From NCBI GenBank assembly GCA_964200075.2, contig CAXNAA020000018.1:1-36301 (forward strand): a stretch of 36,301 nucleotides of DNA. The letters run 5' to 3'. Below are positions 33,701 through 36,301 of the stretch, piece by piece. How positions within the stretch are numbered: position 1 is the first letter of the stretch; every line of letters starts with the position of its first letter. The notes under the pieces were generated by a model. That model was not told the origin of the DNA, made no database searches, and worked only from the letters and a program-made list of their open reading frames with translations. This DNA is from Sphacelaria rigidula. Its lineage: Eukaryota. The translations under genes and the position numbers were made by a program.

Positions 33701-35822
33701 AGCAAGCCAGATGGCGGGTTACAAGCAGAAGTGAGTGCCAAGCCACGCTAGTGAAGATATCGCGAGCCTTGTGCTTGTCACAAATGATGACGTTTTGTTG
33801 CACTGCTTGAATGGTTGAATGGTTGGACGGTTGGGTGCTTGAATATGTAGAGTAAGTCGTCCACTCGTCCACCCATCTACCAAGGGCGTAGCCTGGCCGC
33901 AAACACTTGGTGAGTTGGTGGACTGTCGGTGTCTATTTCGGCGGTCACTGCTCGGTTTTTCCAGGGGCTGCAAATCGGTTTCGAAGACTTACGCCTGGTG
34001 GACACCATCATCTGTCAATTCCTTACTGCCATCCGCAGCTGCGAGGAGGACGGTCTGACATCAGACGAGGAGTTCAGAGGTGAGCATTCAATGAGAAAAC
34101 ACGCAGTGGTTTTTTTAACGAGGTGAAGCGGGAAGATTGGGTCGACATTGACCCTGGGCACGCAATCGATTCCATGTTCAAGACTGATATGCCCCCTACA
34201 GCCGATGAGCCCTGCTCGTTAGGTGGCTCTTCATCTAAACACTTGGTATTTAGCGAACGCATTGCCGCTAAGCCTTCCGCGCCTGTTGTTGTGCGGTTGC
34301 TGGTGAACGCGGTGGACATGTCCTGCGCCACCCACAGAGAAGTACGGAGAGCGACTGTTCTTCACGTACACAGGAAGCGACGGGATGGAGCGAGAGCTGG
34401 CTCCTGGTGGCGCAGCACGGCGGGTGACGTTCGACAATCGCTGGGTGTTCTGTAGAATGGTGGAGGAGGCGAGGACACACGAATTCGACGTCCAGGTAAC
34501 AGTCGCTGCTTGTACTGTATGGGGGGGGCAAAGCCGATTTCGGTGAAAAAAAGGGAAAGATATGGATATCAACAAAATGGAAAGGTGACGAAGGCCGTGC
34601 GCAGAAAGTACATGCATTCATACACAAAACAAAACAAAACAAAAGGTTTGTGGGAGTAGGTTGCGACTCAGCTATTTTCGATCCAACTATCCGGCCATGA
34701 GCCCTACGGAAGCAGGGCATCAAACTTTCACTACGTAAAACTGGGGGGAAACGGGATCATGCAAAGTCGGGTTCTCGAGCCGATTGATAGAGCATCCACA
34801 ATACAACACCGTTAACTTCTGTCTTGAATTTCTTGAGTTGGAGGGGAGAACCATGTATCGGTGTCACTTATCGGAGGCCGACGGCATCAAGGTCCCGCTC
34901 CCCGTGACACAGGGAACAGTTTGAGGGAAGGGTTTCGTGTGTAGTGCGTTGCACGTGGCTTGGAGTTTGGAAGCTTGTTTCTGGCAACCCCCAAAACAAG
35001 CCGTAGAAGGCCAACAAACGAAGCAAGCATTTTGTGTGTTCCCTGTGAGCAGAAACTTGGCTGCAGTGTACACCGTCTTGCCGCGGTGGTGCGTTATGCG
35101 TTTTAGGAGAGCGGTATAATGTGCGATCATCTAAGCTCAGTACTTGTCTAAGCACATGGTGCGAAGCTCGTGAAATTGACTTGTTTGGAAGAGGTCTCAG
35201 GTTTTTCAGCCCCAGCAATTAAAGTCGCAATGGTTCTGTGCTGTGGCCAGGAGAAAGCACAGTTCCGATGAAAGGCAACTTGCGGTAAACGCCCAAACCC
35301 ATATTTTTTTCGTACTCATTTACGCTCCTGCTACATCTCACCGTTTTCTGCGCGGACGGCGCTCCCGTATGTGAACCGCGCTTGATTTGCGTCTGACTGG
35401 ATGGCCTCAGGCGGCAGCGATGGCAGAAGGGCTATCGGACATTGTTCCCATGAAGGTGAGTTAGGATTTCGCCGTCGCATTGAGGTTCAAACCTCCATCC
35501 TAATCGCAGAGTAATGATCGCGCCCTCGACCAAAAGAGACTACTTGCGGGCTAGATTTGCGAAGCAGTAGGCAAAAGGGGTGAAGCCGCGCTAAGATCAA
35601 GTGTTGCTTGTAGAACTCCGCGAAGGGGAACGGACGAGCGTTGCTTGCTGAAGCACTTCACGTCGGGCGTACTTTGCTTTGAAGGTTTTGCGGCTGCTTA
35701 CCGCGAAGCAGTTGGAGGTAGCTGTGGCGGGAGAGCCAGAGTTTGACATCGCCTTTTGGAGGGAGCATACGGAGTACAAGGGCTATCGACCAGAGGATGC
35801 GACGGTGGACTTGTTTTGGAAG
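375..35822 (+). CDS. Giant multi-exon HECT E3 ubiquitin-protein ligase with SPRY domains (HERC1/HERC2/HECTD4-like); 5' and 3' ends outside the window
   Basis: 44 GT-AG exons with consistent phases, 15,413 nt total: 375-730, 966-1080, 1405-2706, 2925-3034, 4099-4383, 4763-4963, 5182-5285, 5591-5717, 5952-6140, 6545-6613, 7292-7447, 7675-7944, 8142-8381, 8669-9141, 9302-9437, 9801-10382, 10606-11087, 11299-11418, 12965-13337, 13745-13986, 14316-14763, 15177-15932, 16232-16579, 16825-17073, 17312-17827, 18302-18628, 18875-20846, 21027-21259, 21514-21723, 22025-22168, 22568-22716, 23060-24467, 24638-24838, 25757-25882, 26473-27648, 27847-28011, 32107-32238, 32415-32591, 32924-33061, 33216-33365, 33965-34079, 34338-34495, 35411-35455, 35685-35822. 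HECT motifs: FVGEDGVDAGGVFRE, LLIPCPNG, FVGRLMGLSLR, ELAPGGAARRVTFDN, LEVAVAG, LFWK. Confidence 0.93.
966..1080 (+). CDS. Exon 2
   Basis: ttttattttatcgcag|VVQLRPAG...LAGRLCATMVA G|gtgcgt; phase 0 to 1. Confidence 0.85.
1405..2706 (+). CDS. Exon 3 (EPWLRSPLLSGG motif, C2-like domain, EAPFVAALLKHSGL)
   Basis: gtgcag|ga atc cct ... gaa g|gtgagt; inside ORF 1275-2858; phase 1 to 1. Confidence 0.9.
2925..3034 (+). CDS. Exon 4
   Basis: atcag|..MAKLWGRVRQLRAHLRTQRQQYK|gtaagc; phase 1 to 0. Confidence 0.88.
3168..3572 (-). mobile_element. tRNA-derived SINE in an intron, antisense to the host gene
   Basis: The minus strand reads GGCCGCTCCGG-TGGCTCAGTTGG (A-box, 3561-3550) ... GGTTCGAATC (B-box, 3514-3505). 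A non-tRNA body and an A-rich end (about 3168-3190) follow. The acceptor stem does not pair well, so this is not a functional tRNA. No TSD found. Confidence 0.75.
3190..3482. repeat. Diverged tandem duplication of a ~145-bp unit (about 3190-3334 and 3335-3482)
   Basis: Both units contain tactccacct...ttatcgcgagagg...ccctcgtcgaccg.gaagtc...tctccactgtt...tggtgtgagaaaaa in the same order. Confidence 0.9.
4099..4383 (+). CDS. Exon 5 (acidic linker)
   Basis: ccgtcag|VMAADNEPG...TERANFLLE|gtatcc; phase 0 to 0. Confidence 0.85.
4763..4963 (+). CDS. Exon 6
   Basis: ttttcgcaag|LAPSTIR...RWKCVVDVLRVQSQ|gtaccc; AAG acceptor; phase 0 to 0. Confidence 0.78.
5182..5285 (+). CDS. Exon 7
   Basis: gtgtgcag|LRRSASMSFRPRAKSLGS...ENAP GG|gtgagt; phase 0 to 2; not in the ORF track. 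Confidence 0.8.
5591..5717 (+). CDS. Exon 8
   Basis: Branch-point-like actaac at 5561; ctgcag|t FTLHGGLENL...AATAALQ|gtgagg; phase 2 to 0. Confidence 0.75.
5952..6140 (+). CDS. Exon 9
   Basis: atccag|ACTIYV...RTSRAVMRKFGLEALAAL...STVQ|gttagt; phase 0 to 0. Confidence 0.87.
6465..6499. repeat. Intronic minisatellite (CCGTGTTCG)x~4
   Basis: Directly visible 9-bp tandem unit. Confidence 0.9.
6545..6613 (+). CDS. Exon 10
   Basis: aactag|EALVFLRPAFRGLCVKVAKDGNE|gtaaca; 69 nt; phase 0 to 0. Confidence 0.75.
7029..7038. other. Assembly gap (10 N) within an intron
   Basis: Run of n characters. Confidence 0.99.
7292..7447 (+). CDS. Exon 11
   Basis: ggtcag|AEIKNDEHDPRHHYLKGLEGC...VQSSFEDLY...AGQ|gtgata; phase 0 to 0. 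Confidence 0.88.
7675..7944 (+). CDS. Exon 12
   Basis: gctcag|PGLAHVLMTSWALDFESRDHRFL...EGFVQ|gtattg. Confidence 0.87.
8142..8381 (+). CDS. Exon 13
   Basis: gaccag|GTLMARDL...EKRNNLE|gtgaca. Confidence 0.83.
8669..9141 (+). CDS. Exon 14: SPRY domain 2, N-terminal part (RanBP9/SPRYD3-like)
   Basis: YYEVTV..IGVGLA..MPGWIDHSYGYHGDDGRKF..GDVIGCG; ctccag| ... tg|gtaagt. Confidence 0.93.
9302..9437 (+). CDS. Exon 15: SPRY domain 2, C-terminal part
   Basis: ttctcag|g YTRNGKLLGDGF..LVPVVGF..VRVNFGVSPFLYE|gtgagg. Confidence 0.93.
9801..10382 (+). CDS. Exon 16
   Basis: taacag|GDEVIVAP...VDSLHQ|gtgcag; 582 nt. Confidence 0.87.
10606..11087 (+). CDS. Exon 17
   Basis: attcag|DIFDLIFRELR...LLKVGSPRVQ AG|gtgaga; phase 0 to 2. 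Confidence 0.88.
11299..11418 (+). CDS. Exon 18
   Basis: ttgttcag|g CVILLLGSVLPGVEP...TPNI AG|gtacgt; 120 nt; phase 2 to 2; not in the ORF track. Confidence 0.82.
11665..12798 (+). mobile_element. Non-autonomous hAT DNA transposon (1,134 bp) in intron 18
   Basis: Left TIR TAGCCTTTCGTTCCGTATGCGCG (11665-11687) matches the reverse complement of the right TIR, TAGACTTTTGTTCCGTATGCGCG (12776-12798), at 21/23 positions. Identical 8-bp TSD GTCATATC at 11657-11664 and 12799-12806. Internal transposase remnant. Confidence 0.93.
12148..12372 (+). pseudogene. hAT transposase C-terminal dimerisation-domain remnant
   Basis: LSFWDNKNRPPS*YLVAMDIELIQQSSAFMGRVFSVLRGYLNSRQEKALGDQIESAVMIKYN resembles the hAT FW..LP.W...A....PSSA..ERVFS...L...E..M..YN pattern. 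In-frame TAG at 12184-12186. Confidence 0.85.
12965..13337 (+). CDS. Exon 19
   Basis: gccacag|c ASPVLGKE...LLRELFK|gtgcgt; phase 2 to 0. Confidence 0.87.
13745..13986 (+). CDS. Exon 20
   Basis: aagcag|EAAWKEPIARML...GALAII..LYPGAAVQS AC|gtaagc; phase 0 to 2. Confidence 0.86.
14316..14763 (+). CDS. Exon 21
   Basis: caacag|g SGARGTVV...ALLTAQ|gtatgg; phase 2 to 0. Confidence 0.87.
15177..15932 (+). CDS. Exon 22 (Arg/Gly-rich and acidic, probably disordered)
   Basis: tggcag|EFRLRWRATQARMLSAL...DGDEE|gtgaac; 756 nt. Confidence 0.86.
16232..16579 (+). CDS. Exon 23 (ends with a UBA-like segment)
   Basis: gagtag|EMTMTT...LSEEFGVSLATARAALEMLGDDEKTRQWFLKQ|gtgctc. Confidence 0.83.
16825..17073 (+). 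CDS. Exon 24
   Basis: cctcag|DPPDAVG...VPAFTQ|gtgtaa. Confidence 0.83.
17312..17827 (+). CDS. Exon 25
   Basis: ttcgcag|RVDLLCEHD...QTTCKK|gtgcgt. Confidence 0.86.
18302..18628 (+). CDS. Exon 26
   Basis: cgttag|LLHDTDMALSILRARSLLVRL...DSLLK|gtgggt. Confidence 0.83.
18875..20846 (+). CDS. Exon 27 (1,972 nt): start of CUB-like module 1 (ESLHP) and SPRY domain 3
   Basis: ORF 18875-20974; GKWFYEVTI..VRIGWA..DVIGCAIDVGCGDVRFSVNG..VRPCLSV..SVNFGATPFRHAPP; donor cct g|gtgagg. Confidence 0.92.
21027..21259 (+). CDS. Exon 28 (NWGFRFVV, end of CUB-like module 1)
   Basis: cgttag|tc acc gag ... gcg cag|gtgggt; phase 1 to 0. Confidence 0.85.
21514..21723 (+). CDS. Exon 29: Vps62-like domain, part 1
   Basis: ttgcag|ILSIWRPKAPPGWYSVGDV...PAKFRVV...MVWRPVPRKGQ|gtaggt. 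Confidence 0.9.
22025..22168 (+). CDS. Exon 30: Vps62-like domain, part 2
   Basis: tatcag|VSLGDF...VRCVAAWAVE...LWREE..NQ|gtgggc. Confidence 0.87.
22568..22716 (+). CDS. Exon 31: end of the Vps62-like domain and a poly-Lys tract
   Basis: gaccag|AIWSVQNGLGTFF...KRKKKKSKKKKS GG|gtgagg; phase 0 to 2. Confidence 0.87.
23060..24467 (+). CDS. Exon 32 (1,408 nt; ends with ESEHPF, start of CUB-like module 2)
   Basis: gtgacag|c ggt...; ORF 23043-24605; donor gtg|gtgagc. Confidence 0.9.
24638..24838 (+). CDS. Exon 33 (CUB-like module 2: PW..FRGESVTYRF..DWGFRFT)
   Basis: cactag|GKANLVL...WGFRFT|gtgagg. Confidence 0.88.
25757..25882 (+). CDS. Exon 34
   Basis: gtgcag|VVAKGPVWE...RVPGALSLLVELNQ|gtgaga. 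Confidence 0.85.
26473..27648 (+). CDS. Exon 35 (long Ser/Gly/Asp-rich insert; WTPEMD motif)
   Basis: ORF 26428-27702; AAG acceptor (less certain); donor gcg|gtgagc. Confidence 0.85.
27847..28011 (+). CDS. Exon 36 (pre-HECT helix, IRAALLLRLNDRIE)
   Basis: ggacag|TEESCAE...NDRIE|gtgggc; joins RVLPVIDL of the next exon. Confidence 0.88.
29217..30020 (-). mobile_element. Decayed non-LTR retrotransposon (RTE-clade-like LINE): reverse transcriptase C-terminal fragment in the 4.1-kb intron
   Basis: Colinear minus-strand blocks in shifting frames: WRMLYVEDAGIV (decayed YADD, 29966-29955), LMVSENKTEAM, GQRYRQMVDFVH, LLKAEVVE, RCERIETT, VRQDETRVSQRLMF..GRPWKHW. The purine-rich stretch at about 28920-29200 may be its 3' UTR. 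Confidence 0.87.
30298..30650. repeat. Long imperfect inverted repeat (foldback/MITE-like)
   Basis: Perfect 16-bp inner arms GGATCAAGTTGTGACA (30462-30477) and TGTCACAACTTGATCC (30494-30509). Outer paired blocks include agcgttgcgacaca/tgtgtcgcaacgct, tcaggtct/agacctga, ggcagcc/ggctgcc and gccata/tatggc. Confidence 0.88.
31703..31726. repeat. (AGTAT)n microsatellite, about 5 units
   Basis: Directly visible. Confidence 0.85.
32107..32238 (+). CDS. Exon 37
   Basis: ttttccgcag|RVLPVIDLGS...KNAVLEAALAVTQ|gtattt. Confidence 0.9.
32415..32591 (+). CDS. Exon 38: start of the HECT domain
   Basis: ttacag|GPGDG...CVFAQAYRQL...RVFQ|gtaagg. Confidence 0.92.
32924..33061 (+). CDS. Exon 39: HECT N-lobe
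   Basis: gctcag|INFVGEDGVDAGGVFREG...LLIPCPNGQQAIGQ|gtgaac. Confidence 0.95.
33216..33365 (+). CDS. Exon 40: HECT
   Basis: ctgcag|NNEKYVPNP...FVGRLMGLSLR...IWKRML|gtgagg. Confidence 0.95.
33965..34079 (+). CDS. Exon 41: HECT
   Basis: ttttccag|GLQIGFEDLRLVD...DEEFR G|gtgagc; phase 0 to 1. Confidence 0.93.
34338..34495 (+). CDS. Exon 42: HECT
   Basis: ccacag|ag KYGERLFFTYTGSDGMERELAPGGAARRVTFDNR...EFDVQ|gtaaca; phase 1 to 0; this frame is not in the ORF track. Confidence 0.94.
34625..34644. repeat. (CAAAA)x4 microsatellite
   Basis: Directly visible. Confidence 0.8.
35411..35455 (+). CDS. Exon 43: 45-nt HECT mini-exon
   Basis: cctcag|AAAMAEGLSDIVPMK|gtgagt; supplies the expected 'A...GL..IVP' HECT segment. 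Confidence 0.92.
35685..35822 (+). CDS. Exon 44: HECT hinge and start of the C-lobe
   Basis: ctttgaag|VLRLLTAKQLEVAVAGEPEFD...TEYKGY...VDLFWK|gtgaag. Confidence 0.94.
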
Positions 35823-36301
35823 GTGAAGTACCGTCGTTGCCCTGGTGACGCTAGATATGCAATTTACTTCCTGTCAACCACCTTAGGAAGCACTGGTATG
35901 ATCTGTCCGCCCGTGGTTAGCTCCTCTAAAGTGACAGACGGTGTACCAAGGTGAGTCTCCTACACGGGTACCGATAAGCATGGATGGCAACAACGCAGGC
36001 AGCGCAAGCGGTATTGTACGACTCTCGCTGCGTATGCGAGTGTTGCGGGCGCCACGACTAAATACGTCGGTTCACCTGCGCATGCCAGCAATAGTTCCGC
36101 AGACAAGCCGACCAATGGAGTATTTCTTCATGTACTGGTTTTTCATTTTGCATGCTTTTGTATCCTCCCCTTCCTTGGGACAAGTCCGTATTCTCCAAAG
36201 ATCAACCCATCCCTCCCCCGGTAGCCTTGACGGTGACGCACCCATGAGGCAGTGTATAAACCATGGCTGTCTCTGGAAGTGGCGATACCACAAAATAAAG
36301 C

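Noticed and set aside
33807..33880. Degenerate 8-bp periodic repeats (TTGAATGG, then CGTCCAC.)
   Set aside because: Decayed simple repeats in an intron, too short and diverged to support a structural claim.

Overview
This is eukaryotic, intron-rich DNA, probably from a brown alga or other stramenopile (inferred from exon/intron style and TE types). Almost the whole window is the interior of one + strand gene encoding a giant HECT E3 ubiquitin ligase of the HERC1/HERC2/HECTD4-like type. I built 44 GT-AG exons by hand. They total 15,413 nt (about 5,140 aa) and stay in frame across all 43 junctions. The start codon lies upstream, and the end of the HECT C-lobe with the catalytic Cys lies downstream. 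Apparent domain order: SPRY (partial) - C2-like - SPRY - UBA-like - ESxHP/WGFRF (CUB-like) module containing a third SPRY - Vps62-like - two more CUB-like modules - HECT. The introns contain a tRNA-derived SINE with a duplicated body, a complete non-autonomous hAT transposon (23-bp TIRs, perfect 8-bp TSD, decayed transposase C-terminus), a decayed RTE-type LINE fragment and a ~350-bp imperfect palindrome. I see no prokaryotic system or CRISPR array. Any novelty lies in the domain architecture and the intronic elements. Domain names come from motif recognition by eye, not from database searches.
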